Shown here piece after piece: positions 26,555 to 39,775 of a DNA stretch of 64,000 bases (position 1 is the first letter of the stretch; the number at the start of each line of letters is the position of its first letter). The translations under genes were made by a program, and so were the position numbers. Under the pieces are notes generated by a model that worked only from the letters and a program-made list of their open reading frames with translations, searched no databases and was not told where the DNA came from. This DNA comes from Octopus sinensis (taxonomy: Eukaryota). Location of the stretch: assembly GCF_006345805.1 (NCBI RefSeq), contig NC_043000.1, forward strand, positions 142,104,001 to 142,168,000, read 5' to 3'.

Positions 26555-26615
26555 CGCATTTCCTACATTGAAAGCGTTTTAGCGTTTGGGTTTACGCCTG
26601 AACTGAAACCGTTTC
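26555..26615 (+). other. Candidate isolated 61-nt coding exon (unassigned)
   Basis: Acceptor ttcttggttcatttatcgcAG, donor GTAAGT; only frame 0 is open (RISYIESVLAFGFTPELKPF); no homology recognised. Confidence 0.25.
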
Positions 26616-27508
26616 GTAAGTTCCGTCTGCTGAATTCCATTCCTTAATCAATTGTTGTGTCATATTTCTACAGATTACAAATACAGACCATTATTCTTGT
26701 TTAATGATTTCTCACAGTCACATGGGTTTTGTTAAATGATGTTTAATATATTTCATTCAAATGTTATTCAATTGTTATTATGTATGTTTTTGTGCTATAC
26801 ATTTCAGCTTGGGGACCGCTTCGATTTTAATTTAAGCAAATAACTTTATTACAGTTTTGGACCTTTTGTATAAACGCAATAAAAATATTGCACACAATAA
26901 ATATTTTCATTGTATTATTTGATTTTTATTTTTTTCTTTCATTATCTGTCCATTTCCATCTAAATACAAAATATTTCCATCTTTAATGAACGTAATATCT
27001 TCATTAATGTCCGTTTTCTCTTTGTTGCTTACAAACAGCGCTACTTCCCTTGAATATTCCGACAGAAGATTATCTTTACAATGTTTCCAAAGTGCCTTAT
27101 AATAGCGGGAAAGCAATTAGCAGCTATAAAATAGTCATTCAAGTAGAAGATTCATGCCCGATATCAGTTCTTCCTTGAGATATTTCATAGGCAGTGTGTG
27201 GGGGTAAGATGAATACATATTTTTACCCAGTTTTACAAAACAGCTGGTATAAAATAGTGAGTAAATGAAAAACAAACAATGACAATTATACAAAGGCATT
27301 CACATTGTCACACACACACATACGTAAATATTATAGCTTTGTCTGGATAATTGGTAATTCATAAGTTTACATTGCATTCACCTATATCTACGTTCGATTC
27401 CACTGCGTGGAACATTACGTAAGTTTGCGCTGCAATAGCATCGAATTGACTAGTGAGTGAATTTGTTTTACACAGAGAATGCAAAAGCCTAATATACACG
27501 GACACATA

Positions 27509-27908
27509 GGTGCAGGAGTGGATGTGTGGTAAGTAGCTTGTTTACCAACCACATGGTCCCGGGTTCAGTCCCACTGCGTGGCACCTTGGGCAAGTGTCTT
27601 CTACTATAGCCTCGGGCCGACCAAAGCCTTGTGAGTGGATTTGGTAGACGGAAACTGAAAGAAGCCCGTCGTATATATGTATGTGTGTGTGTGTGTTTGT
27701 GTGTCTGTGTTTGTCCCACTAGCATTGCATGACAACCGATGCTGTTGTGTTTATGTCCCCGTTACCTAGCGGTTCGGCAAAAGAGACCGATACAATACGT
27801 ACTGGGCTTACAAAAGAATAAGTCCCGGGATCGAGCTGCTCGATTAAAGGCGGTGCTCCAGCATGGCCGCAGTCAAATGACTGAAACAAGTAAAAGAGTA
27901 AAGAGAGA
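27509..27908 (+). mobile_element. tRNA-derived SINE, family A
   Basis: Full-length match to 22661-23105. Confidence 0.85.
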
Positions 27909-28229
27909 GAGTATACAAACACGTATATACATACCCATATTTACCTAAATGTCTGTCTGTATGTATCTATGTATGTATGTGCGAATATATGATACTTTGT
28001 CGATGTATCCATCCATCTAAAACAATTTTTGAGATGTTTCACATCCTATATTGTTTCAGGCTCAGTGGTATTATCATAGCTATATTATATTATTACATAT
28101 CATGGCTAAACTAGTTATGCTGGTGATTTCACTGTACTTTTGCTGCTATGAAAAAAATGTGTAGCCTTCAGCAATCCGCTTTTGTTGAGGATAGTCTTTG
28201 CGCACAAGCGAATGATTGCCATAGGTAGG

Positions 28230-28860
28230 GTTGATCTTCAAGAATGCCAAATTATTAGACTCCTTGATAGGCCTTTGACCAAGGATCTCCCTTGGTTCAA
28301 ATATTCTCGGTTCATTGCCTTGTCGGCTGCTAAGAAGTTTGGAGCTTTCTTTTCTACCAGCAAGTGTTTTACGCCCGAGAGTGTTTTGTATTTCTACAAG
28401 TCTACCATTCGATATTGCACTGAATATTGATGTCTTCTTTGGGCGTGTCCATCCTCTGAAGGTCTTAAACTACTTCCTAGTAATTAGAATCGAGTTATTG
28501 ACACAGTGGGTTCTCTAATATCCGATCGGATTGAGCCTTTCGCAAGCGTCTAAATGTATTTTTGTTGTCTTTTCTTTCAGTGTTTCAGTGATTATTACTC
28601 TGAACATTCTGGTCTGGCATTCTCAGTAAAACTTGTAAATGCATTCCTCAATTTTCTCCCAAGATGCGTTGTTTCTCTGTTGAACTTATTGTTATTCCTA
28701 AGTCCTTTTAATTCTAAAAGCTTCTTTACTCGAGCTACTGGTCTTTGGAACTCACTTCCTTCGTCTTTTTTCCCCTTGTTTATGATATTCAGTCCTTTAA
28801 TATTTCTGTCAATCAATATATTTTGAATTTGTAGCCTCGCTTTTCTGTAAGCTTCAATGG
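28230..28860 (+). mobile_element. L2/CR1-group LINE 3' remnant
   Basis: AAKKFGAFFSTSKCFTPESVLYFYKSTIRYCTEY and SKSFFTRATGLWNSLPSSFFP motifs, frameshifted. Confidence 0.7.
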
Positions 28861-29234
28861 CATCAAGTCATTATGGGGAGAAAATTGCCCGAAAGTGTAA
28901 GCTTGTTTATATAACTTATCATTTGTTGCGCGAAAGTTTCTAGTATAATTTTCGTGATTGCTTTAGCAGTTACCAGGTATAGACTTTGTTAAGCTATACT
29001 TATCTAATTTTCCTAGTAATTCTATTGACTTGCTTAGGTTCTGCTTTTTCTGTGAGAATAAACCCAGATAATTCGAAATTTTCAGAGATTCTGAATATGG
29101 CTTGCGCCAAACTTAAAACTCATTTTTCCATTCTTTCGATCACCCTTCACGATAAATACATATGCATGTATATAAGTATGTATGTAATTTATATATACGC
29201 TTATATATATACATATATATATATATATGTAAAT

Positions 29235-29281
<47 letters not shown>

Positions 29282-29419
29282 TATATACAGATACATTGTT
29301 TGGTGTATGAATATATGTACTTGTGCTTCGATGAACCATCTTTATCTTTGTTCAATTTTGCTTATCACCAGCTCGTTTGCGGGCTACAAGAATGTAAATT
29401 GTTCAGCTACAATGACAGG

Positions 29420-29454
<35 letters not shown>

Positions 29455-30349
29455 TGTGTGTGTCCGAGTGCGCGCGCATGTGTGTGTGTGTGTGTGTGTG
29501 TGTGTCTGTCTATAAGTTTGTGTGTTTCAAGTTGTGAGTCTCTGTAAATATGTTTTTGCACAGAAAACAATGGTTTTAGATCAGTTGACATACATGTTAT
29601 ACATTTTTATTGTAAGAAACACTCCTAGAATTTCGGTGTAAAGTAAAAATACCTAAAGAAAACAACCATGTATTTCCATGATTAATACATTGTCGGTAGC
29701 AAAACTAGATCCAATGGGAATTCTCCCTTGTCCTTTTAAATTGTGAACACAGAAAGTATAAGCTTTCATCAAAAGATTAGAACCTCATAGCTGTTTATAT
29801 AGTATACAAAACATGATTTAGTTAAACTGCTTATTTCAAATTAGCATGATAATATCTTATCACCAAACAATGATAAATTAATTAACTCAATGTATTTAAT
29901 TTCGTTTCAAAATGATAACTGCGTGTTTATATTAATAATATACATGGTATATCAAGATAAACATAAAATGTAGTGTTGTAAAATATGGATTAATTAATGT
30001 GTTGTAAACGAATGTACATTTGTCGAAAAACAAATGGTGATGTTAGTTAAGTTCAAAAATTCCATACTACAACTAGCAATGGATTATTTTTGCCCCAGAA
30101 TAGCAGGGGAGGTATGGAGATAACAATTTGCATATTTTTATTTCTTTTTACTGTCCTCACATTACGTACGTGCTGCACAAAACGGGTTCATTTTAAACAG
30201 CAAAAGTTTTATGTTCATGGAAATTTGAATATAAGATATCGCAAGAAATCTCTGTCATTATTTCTCCTCTCTGTCTGTCTGTCTCTCTCCCTCTCTCTCT
30301 GGCTCTCCATAAACAAATACACGTGTATATTAACATATATATATATATA

Positions 30350-30782
30350 AAACAATAATAAATCTCTGAACGAGATATAAACAGTAACTGCTCGACAACA
30401 TAAGGGGGATCAGCCATCTGAATGTGGCTAGGGACAGGGCGGGGTGGTGGGGGTGTTACTGATGCTTTTAGCCCCAGGTGATCATCAACGTCACCAGAAG
30501 GACTGACACCATATCGGTGTCCCTGTTTGCCTGTAAAGGGAGGTTATCCTTCCTCGAAGATACGGATGCTACATACGGACCGGTTGACCTCGAAACCGGT
30601 CCGTATGTAGCATCCGTAACTTCGAGGAAGGATAACCTCCCTTTACAGGCAAACAGGGACACCGATATGGTGTCAGTCCTTCTGGTGACGTTGATGATCG
30701 CCTGGGGCTAAAAGAATCAGTAACACCCCCACCACCCCGCCCTGTCCCTAGCCACATTCAGATGGCTGATCCCCCTTACGTT
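30350..30782 (-). mobile_element. Same retrozyme-like family as 25161-25605, present as a 189-bp-arm fold-back centred on the hammerhead
   Basis: 30397-30585 pairs with 30594-30782 (4 mismatches seen, 8-nt spacer); shares aataataaatctctga.cgagat.taaacag and ttagccccagg blocks; centre reads ctc-GAAA-CCGG-TC. Confidence 0.85.
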
Positions 30783-30982
30783 ATATATATATATATATGA
30801 ATATGAGAAAGCGACCACTATGTGGTCTACTCTAGTGCTAAAAATAGATACACTATGGTACAGCCACTCTCATATTTGTGCATAAATTTGTATTATATCC
30901 CTGGTTTTTATGTGCTAAGCCACTTGGTGTTAAATTGATGGTATTATTAAATTAATATCAAATTTTTCACCCTCATTTATAA

Positions 30983-31026
<44 letters not shown>

Positions 31027-31237
31027 CGGGAGGGGAGGGTAAGAGATAGATAGATAGATGGTTGGATGGATGGATGGATGCATAGTTAGTCATTTACGGA
31101 ATTAATGTAATTCCAAAGGAGTTACGTTCTTACGATTGTGGTATAACTTGTAATTCCGCAACGCTAAACATATCATTAGACTTCTACGTAACAAGAAATC
31201 GAAGTGGAAAGAAGTTGTCATATGTCAGTGTGTGTGT

Positions 31238-31280
<43 letters not shown>

Positions 31281-31435
31281 ATGTATGTATGTATGTATGT
31301 ATGTATGTATGCGGGAGGACATGGAAATACCTTTGTTGGTGTCCAGCGGCGCCGTTGTAATCACGTAGAATGCTCTTATTGGATGACACAGTGTAAATCT
31401 GAAGGTGGACAAGCTTAATACGGTATATGCTTGAG

Positions 31436-31516
<81 letters not shown>

Positions 31517-31644
31517 TAGATACATATGTATATTAGATCGTCAAGTATAAACATTTATAGTAAGGTATATAGTAAACTTTGATAGCTGCTCATCTTGCGC
31601 TTTATTAGTTATTTATAATTAGATTTTACTAATTTTGTTTAGAG

Positions 31645-32560
31645 ATGGATAAGTCGGACATTCGTACAGTTTTGAAATATGAGTTCCTTCTTGGACATAC
31701 AGCATTACATACAGCTCGGAATTTTAATCGAGTATTTCATTCTAATGTTATTATACAGCAGACAGTATCAAATTTGTTTGCACACTTTCGTTCTGGTAAC
31801 TTCGACCTCACAAATGAGCAAGACGGTCGATCAGATACAAAGGTGGATGATGACGAACTGAAAGCTACAGTCGAGTCAGATCCATTTCAAAGTGCCCGTG
31901 AATTATCTTTGATATTTGGTGTTAGCAAGCAAAAGTTATTGACACGCCTACTTCAAAGCGGTAAAGTGAAAACATTGGATAAGTGGGTTCCACATAAACG
32001 CAATGAAAATCAAAAACTCAACGTTTGGAAGCCTGCATTATGCTACTTATTTCTCGTTACAAAATTAATCATTTTTCAGTTGAATAGTAACATGTGATGA
32101 GAACTGGATGCAATACAACAACCGTAAACGTTCAGCACAATGGTTGGACAAAGTCGAACCACCAAAACACAATTCAAAAAGCGAACTTCATGAAAAGGAG
32201 ATGATGGTGTTTGTTTGGTAGTCTGGCGAAGGTGTGATCCCTTATGATTCCATTAGACCTTGCTCATCAATCACGGCCAAAGTATACTGCAGCCGACTGG
32301 ACCAAATGAGGGAGAAACTTACACAAAGTCAACCTAGATTAGTCAACAGATCCACTCCTATTTTATTGCAAGAAAACGCCAGACCACACATCGTAAATAT
32401 GACATTGGCGAAACTACAGGAGTTGGAGGTGGAAGTTCTGCATCATCTGCTATATTCACTGATCTTTCTCCCACTGAGTACCGCTTCTAGAATTTTGATA
32501 ATCTTTTGATAGGAAAAAATACATTGACAATATGGCTACATACTTCGATGAATAAAACTA
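31645..32560 (+). pseudogene. Mariner (Hsmar1/cecropia-like) transposase pseudogene
   Basis: IRTVLKYEFLLG...FRSGNFDL..E...GR...VDDDELKATVESDP...LDKWVPH, then IVTCDENW and LLQENARPH; several frameshifts and stops, and the YSPDL motif is decayed. Confidence 0.9.
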
Positions 32561-32607
32561 TTCCTCGTATTTATAAAAAAAAAACCTAGCAAACTTTCTT
32601 GTCTATT

Positions 32608-32647
<40 letters not shown>

Positions 32648-33002
32648 TAAATTAGAGATAAAACCACTATTAGGCAAATCAAACAGTCAGAATCATAAGC
32701 CAATACGTAGAAATAAAATTAATTAATAAAATATATAAAATATATACAATATAAAATTCCAAATTGAAATATTTAAATTAAAGTTAAGATTTAAATATTA
32801 TTTAAATTAATAATTTAAACTTATAAATTTTAAATATATATATATATATTATTATTTTATTTATTTATATATTTTTTATTTTTTTATTTTTTTTTATTTA
32901 TATATATATATAATGAGAATTTAGAAAAAAAAATTAAAGACGAAGACGGGTGTGTAAACAACGAACCGATGTATTAGTTTACAGCTCGGGCAGTGAGAAA
33001 GT

Positions 33003-33038
33003 CTTTTACGTTTCGATCCTAAGCTCTTCAACAGAAAG
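33003..33038 (-). ncRNA. Decayed hammerhead motif (A6U, mismatched stem II) in a solo pLTR fragment
   Basis: Minus strand cttt-CTGTTGA-a-GAGC(ttag)GATC-GAAA-CG-TA-aaag; related to 56240-56274. Confidence 0.5.
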
Positions 33039-33376
33039 AAACAGGGTTGTATGTATGTATGTATGTATATTGCATGTATTACATCCTCGCGCTTTTTGTT
33101 GCATTTCCTCCGTTTATTTTTTTATTAATTTGTATCTCTGTCTGTTCCCAATGCATTCCCAAACAACTCAACCAAAATGAAATCAAATTTCACATGGCAA
33201 TCTTATGAAACCCCAAGGATGTAATTTTTCTGGATTACAACAATGCAACAATGGTATTTGTGCCGTATTACGTCTCAAAACTCGAAGAATAAATGTGAAA
33301 TGTAGCAGTTATAAATATTTTTACTTTTATATTGTTTTACTTTTATAGTTTCACTATGTACATATATGCATGAATG

Positions 33377-33430
<54 letters not shown>

Positions 33431-33435
<5 letters not shown>

Positions 33436-34335
33436 ACAATTGAGGGTAAAATTAATTAGTTATTAATCAATTTCACCAAGTATTCAGTATGTAAAAGGAC
33501 TATTTAAGGCGAATTCAAAATATTACATTATATAATTAGGGCTTAGTAAAATAAATTACTTTGCCACATACTGAACGTGCTAGAAATAGCAGCCAAAAAC
33601 GTTTTTTTGCCATTTCTACTACTTAAAGAAAATTTTTCTCAGATAATGTTTACTCAAAATAACTCACGAAGGTATGGAGGTAAAAACAGAAAAATATCAC
33701 AAGTACAAAGATTATTTGAGAACGTTAACGTTTCTAGATTAGCCAAATAAACTCAGCATTTCTTTCGTCAGCTCAACATTTCTTATTTTGGATTTGGAAG
33801 CACTAAAAAGAAAGAACATACCCTTTGGCGACTTATCACCTCAGAAGACCCGTTCAGACTGCCAGTACCAACAAATTCAAAATGTGCAAGCGAAGATTCA
33901 CTGCTCTCCCCTTCCAACCACGTGGGTTATCTAGCAAACATTATATTTTAACGGTGAGAACCGAGGCAATATGACAGAGAGAAATGAATTATAATATCAA
34001 CAATTGAGGGTAAAATTAATTAGTTATTAATCAATTTCACCAAGTATTCTGTATGTAAAAGGACCATTTAAGGCGAATTCAAAATATTACATTATATAAT
34101 TAGGGCTTAGTAAAATAAATTACTTTGCCACATACTGAACTTGCTAGAAATAGCAGCAAAAAAAAGTTTTTTTGCCATTTCTACTACTTAAAGAAAATTT
34201 CTCTCAGATAATGTTTACTCAAAATAACTCACGAAAGTATGGAGGTAGAAATGGCAAAAAAACTTTTTGGCTGCTATTTCTAGCACGTTCAGTATGTGGC
34301 AAAGTAATTTATTTTACTAAGCCCTAATTATATAA
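33431..34335 (-). mobile_element. Non-coding PLE-type element: 564-nt unit + about 250-nt tandem copy + about 90-nt inverted end, inside (TA)n
   Basis: tatcaacaattgagggtaaa starts at 33431 and 33995; 34245-34335 is the reverse complement of about 34091-34184. Confidence 0.85.
33716..33776 (-). ncRNA. Hammerhead motif with 10-nt palindromic stem III, degenerate stem II
   Basis: Minus strand ttgag-CTGACGA-[aagaaatgctgagtttatttggctaatcta]-GAAA-CGTTAACG-TT-ctcaa. Confidence 0.55.
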
Positions 34336-34340
34336 TATAT

Positions 34341-34420
<80 letters not shown>

Positions 34421-34508
34421 CTTTGTATATATCTACATGTATGCATATATATATTTATATATATATATATAGATGTATATTTATGTATATGCATATACAG
34501 ATGAATGT

Positions 34509-34760
34509 GAAGGCGCGTGGCTTAGTGGTTAGGGAGTAAGAATCATGATCGTAAGATTGTGGTTTCCATTCCTGGACCGGGCGACGCGTTGGGTTCGTGA
34601 GCAAAACACTTCATTTCAAGTTGCTCCAGTCAGCTCAGATGGCAAAAATGAATAACGCTGTGATGGACTGGCGTCCCGTCCAGCTAGGGATCACATACGC
34701 CATTGAAACTGGGAAACCAGGCCGATGAGACTGGCTTGGCTTTAAAAGGGCGCATTTATT
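34509..34760 (+). mobile_element. tRNA-derived SINE, family B' (with CORE/Nin-like central domain)
   Basis: gaaggcgcgtggcttagtggttagg head, gagcaaaacacttcatttcaagttgctccagtc core; related to 39794-40118 and 45625-45943. Confidence 0.75.
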
Positions 34761-35119
34761 ATTTTATATATATATATATATTTCTAGGCATGTAAGTAGC
34801 AATGAAAACTGCCATAAAGCCACTGTAATCACTGATATTTGTATCGGCACATTATTCCTGTCGACCGGGACAAATGTTAAGCTCCGAGGTATGTGTTTTG
34901 TATTAAAATCTATGTACGGAATGTTTTCCTGAAGAGAAGCAGGGATCCACTTTTGGTTTCTAACTTCGGTATTGCTATAAAGGATTAACCTTTTATTTTT
35001 ATTTAGGTTTTGAATTCTATGTGTCATGTCGCTCGCAGACTGAGATTATAGTTGAGGAGATATAATATGAGTGATTATAATACTTTTATCTGCTATTTCT
35101 AGGGTCGGCTGAAGAGGAA

Positions 35120-35446
35120 ATGGAAGTGGGGTCGATCACAGAGACCAACGTCGCCAACTGGAAGGGATTCGGTGTGGAGTTGTGGCTGATGGCCACAATA
35201 GAAGATATAGAACGAATTTCCTATCAGATAGAGGTAGAAAATGAAAGGAGAATTGGCGTAATTGTAGAGGGAATAAGGCCGAACTGTTACTTATGCAGAA
35301 CAAGAGGTCATATAAGAGCAGGATGTCCGCTATATGAATTCACAGTGGAGAAAGAAATGGAACAATATAAGATACAGATTGGAGAGACAACAGAAGAAAA
35401 CAATAAAGAGAAAAAAAAGAACACGAAGGAAAAAACAGTGCACTAA
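35120..35446 (+). mobile_element. LINE ORF1/gag-like remnant with CCHC zinc knuckle
   Basis: VIVEGIRPNCYLCRTRGHIRAGCP = CX2CX4HX4C, followed by K/E-rich low-complexity sequence. Confidence 0.7.
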
Positions 35447-35814
35447 TAACGGAAATAACGGAAAAACGACAAGAGAAAGAAAATGACAGTACACCGAAGG
35501 AAAATGAAAACAAAGGGAAAAATTAACAGTAAAAGAACAAAAGTCACAACGTAGAGAAGCAATAGAAAAAGAACCAAAAGAGAGTCAAGAGAAAGGAAAG
35601 GATAGTACACTGAAGGAAAAAGAAACAACAGGAAAAGAACATAAGGCATAAGGTAGAGAGACAACAGACAAAGAACTAAAAAGACAAGAGAAAGAAAAAG
35701 AAAAAAAGGAAAGCAAAAAGAGTGAAAGAGAGAAACCAAGGACCAAATCAAGCAAATGGATAGATGGGTGGAGTACTAGCAGGATCTCTATTCACGGCAG
35801 ACCACGGTAGCTGA

Positions 35815-37270
35815 GGCTGCACTCGAGGATGTTAAGATCTTGCCAGTCATATGTGAACTTGACAGTTTGCCATCTATAGCAGAGCTCACCAATACTATTG
35901 GCTCCCTAGCAAGTAACAAGGCTCCGGGAAAAAACGTCATTCCCTTAGATATCATCAAAACCGGCAAAAACGCTATCCTGCTTCGGCACTTTCATTAGCT
36001 TCTGTGTCAGTGCTGGGGAGAGAGTAGTCTCTCAATATATGCGTAATGCTAACATCATTACGCTTTACAAAAAGAAGGGTGAACGTGGCGATTGTAACAA
36101 TTACCGTGGAATATCTCTTCTAAGCACTGTTGGAAAGGACTTTGCTCGCGTTATCCTGTCCTGGTTACAATTGCTTGCTTTTCGAATTTATCCAGAATCG
36201 CAGTGTGGCTTTAGAAGAAGCAGATCAACTATTGACATGATATTCTCCATAAGCCAACTTCAGGAGAAGTCCAGAGAGCAGAAAATGCCAATATAGATGG
36301 CATTCATTGATCTGACAAAGGCCTTTGACTTTGTAAGTAGAAAAGGCCTCCTCATCCTGCTCCAAAAAATCGGATGTCCACCAAAGCTGCTGAGCATCAT
36401 CCAATCTTTCCATGATGACCATACAGCACAATGGTTCAACGTCAGCCGCCTTCCAAATAGAAAACGACGTAAAGCAAGGTTGTGACCTTGCTCCTACATT
36501 ATTTGGCATCTTCTTCTCGTTGCTGCTGTCACGTGCCTTTCAGACATCAGATGATGGAGTGTTTCTGCACAGTAGAAGTGACGGGAAACTATTCACTCTT
36601 GCATCTGCGTATCAAGACCAAAATCAGAAGCGTCCTGATCAAGGAGGTGCTATTTGCTAATGATGCCTCTCTTGTATCCCACACAGAAGAAGCCCTACAA
36701 AGGCTCGTCAACTGTTTTGAGCAAGCATGTAGCGACTTTGGCTTAGTTATCAGCCTCAAGAAGACCAACATCATGGGTCAGGCTACATCGGACATCCCAA
36801 ACGTACATATTGGAGACCACAGACTACAAGAGGTGGAGAAGTTTAACTATCTTAGCTTTACCGTCACCTACAACCGATTCCTTGATGCTGAGCTCAATAT
36901 ACGCATTGGCAAGGCAGCTGCTGTGATGGCCCAACTATCCAAACGGGCATGGGACAACAATAAGTTGACCAAGACCACAAAAATGAAGATTTACCAGGCA
37001 TGTGTACTTAGCACTCTACTGTATGGAAGTGAGACTTGGACGCCATACACACGCCCATACACCTGCGCTGTCTCCAGAAAATCCTTCGCATCAAATGGCA
37101 GAATCATGTCCCCAACAAAGATGTCCTCAAGCAAGCAGGAATACTAAGCATGTTTGCACTCCTCACACAAAGCCGTATGAGATGGCTTGGACATGTTAAC
37201 CGTATGGAAAATGGCAGAATCCCCAAGGACATACTCTACGGGCAGCTTGCTAGGTGCACTAGGTCTGTGG
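35815..37270 (+). mobile_element. RTE (BovB-like) LINE reverse transcriptase, 5'-truncated, frameshifted
   Basis: NKAPG, IITLYKKKGERGDCNNYRGISLLSTVGK, PESQCGFRRSRSTIDMIF, FIDLTKAFD, VKQGCDLAPTLF, LFAND (YADD site), LYGSETWT, RMENGRIPKDILYG. Confidence 0.93.
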
Positions 37271-37274
37271 GAAG

Positions 37275-37575
37275 ACCGTTCTGGAATCGGATTGCACAGC
37301 CCACTCGTGGAGATAGTTGTTGTTTATGGAGATATACTCAGGTGCAGGAGGTTTATCCGGGATTTTTTGAAGGAATTTGTCCAAAAACTTCTTAATATTT
37401 AGGGGATCTCTTTCTTCTTGAATGTGCTTCGGTGTAATGTTAAAAAGAGCGGGGCCAATTAAGGTGAAATAATTGTGTCGTACTGTTGTTATGTGATGCA
37501 AGTATGGTTTATTATGTGGGCGGATATTATGGAGTCTAAGTCTTGGGTCTATCTTTAAGGCGAGGCTAACATCAT
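37275..37575 (-). mobile_element. CR1/Jockey-group LINE 3' end, tail-to-tail with the RTE copy
   Basis: TTVRHNYFTLIGPALFNITPKHIQEE...KKFLDKFLQKIPDKP. Confidence 0.7.
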
Positions 37576-37692
37576 TTGGACAATGCTGATGAAATTTATT
37601 CCACACCATGCAGAGGATGCAGCGCGCACGCCTGCGCTGGAGAGGATAAGATTTTAGATATATATGTATGTACGTATGTATGTATATGTATG

Positions 37693-37754
<62 letters not shown>

Positions 37755-38629
37755 ATGTGTGTATTTTTCCTTTGTTCACAATTATTAACACGGAGAAAAT
37801 AGATAAATTCTGTTGGAATTAAGTTTATGTCTAGTAATTATAAGATTTAAAAACGCTATATACCAGTGTAAAATTACTTCATGTACCGATGTCTTTTTTA
37901 TACAAGTAGTTCTTCTCAGATATCTAAAAGAATTTCTAATCATTACTCTAAATTTAGGGATAGTTATAAGGCAACAGTCCAGGGCTTAGTAAATTAATTT
38001 GGTATTTAAAAGACTATGATAAACAATTCAATTTAGATAGGTTGATGCTCTCCATTTCATTACCATATGATAAAGGCAAAGAATTCTGCCAATTTTGTAA
38101 TAGTGAAATATTTTCCATTCTATTTTCTAAGAATCCCCTTGTAAACACGGTTATAAAGCCTGCTTATCGATGTAAATATTGGCAAAAACATACCTTTAGT
38201 TCATATGTAAGTGATATCTACCATTATATATAATTTGAACATTGATTTTCTTCTTATATTTCAATTCCACTAGATATATCAATTTCCAAGCCTTTAAGCT
38301 TATGTTTTAATTCGCATATCACTCTATATTTCTCCTTTATTATTTTCCAGCTTATTTCTTTCCTTTGTCTCTTCTCTTTCTATAGGCTACCTTTGACGTT
38401 ATGTCTTCTAACGGTTTTGAGAAAATTTTTTTATAGTATTCCGTTCTTCATTATACACATCCATCACATTCTGTTAAAATGTCTTATTGATGAGTTTGGT
38501 GTATTTCTTTCTTTCCCTGTTGGTAAGATTACATTGTTTTACTCCTTTTTATTCCTTTGGAATACAACCGATGTTGTCTTCGAAATATATGTTGAAAGTT
38601 AAAGAATCTGAGTAACACCTGCGTTTAAC

Positions 38630-38715
<86 letters not shown>

Positions 38716-38743
38716 GTGTGTGTGTGTGTTGTGTGTGTGTGTG

Positions 38744-38913
38744 TAATTATAACAATGAGGGTCTTTTCAACTATGGCATAGTGAGTTACACATACTGTTG
38801 TCTGTGGGACATATTTTTGTGGTAAAAGAAATAACAGTCTTCTGGCTGCTATTTCTAATACTTTCGGTATGTGGTCTAGCACTCTGTTGCAAAGACCCTC
38901 ATTGTTATAATTA
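38744..38913. repeat. Short element with 28-bp terminal inverted repeats, related to 33431-34335
   Basis: taattataacaatgagggtctttt/caac versus gttg/caaagaccctcattgttataatta; internal ggctgctatttcta...gtatgtgg is shared with the 33.4-kb element. Confidence 0.7.
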
Positions 38914-39012
38914 TTTATATTATTTTACAGAAGATGGTTCATTTCCATACCGAAAAAATACTACTTAGTGAAATTTTTTGATTTTATTAAATTAATTATA
39001 TTTTACCCTTTA

Positions 39013-39135
<123 letters not shown>

Positions 39136-39180
39136 TATATATATATATATTTCTATATACGTTTATATGTATATATATAT

Positions 39181-39413
39181 GTTCACTCAGCTGTAGAAAT
39201 GAGTTGCGACGTCACTGGTGCCAAGCTGTATCGACCTTTGTCTTTCCCTTGGATAACACTGGTGGCGTGGAGAGGGGAGGCCGGTATGCATGGGCGACTG
39301 CTGGTCTTCCATAAAAACAACCTTGCCCAGACTTGTGCCTCAGAGGGTAACTCTCTAGGTGCAAACCCATGGTCACACATGACCGAAGGGGGTCTTTACC
39401 TATATATATATAC

Positions 39414-39465
<52 letters not shown>

Positions 39466-39723
39466 CATATATACGCACTTACACACGCATATGCATGTGT
39501 ATTTATACACACACACATACACACACGCACACACATTTGCGTGTGTGTCTATGTTGTGTTTGTACCCGCACCATCACTTGACAGCCGATATTACTCTGTT
39601 TACGTTCTCGTAAATTTGCGAATCGGCAAAATGTATGTATGTATTTACGCAAACTCGGCAAAAGCACATGTGTATATTACTAACAGTATATGCATGTATA
39701 TAATAATACAGTACACACACACA

Positions 39724-39775
<52 letters not shown>

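Noticed and set aside
26907-27116. 69-aa minus-strand ORF with possible internal splice sites
   Set aside because: No recognisable homology, and it lies on the opposite strand to the other exon candidate; unsupported.
23862-34335. Possible CRISPR-like repeat-spacer structure among the direct repeats
   Set aside because: The repeats are two-copy tandem or TE-derived with no spacer array and no cas genes, and the context is eukaryotic.
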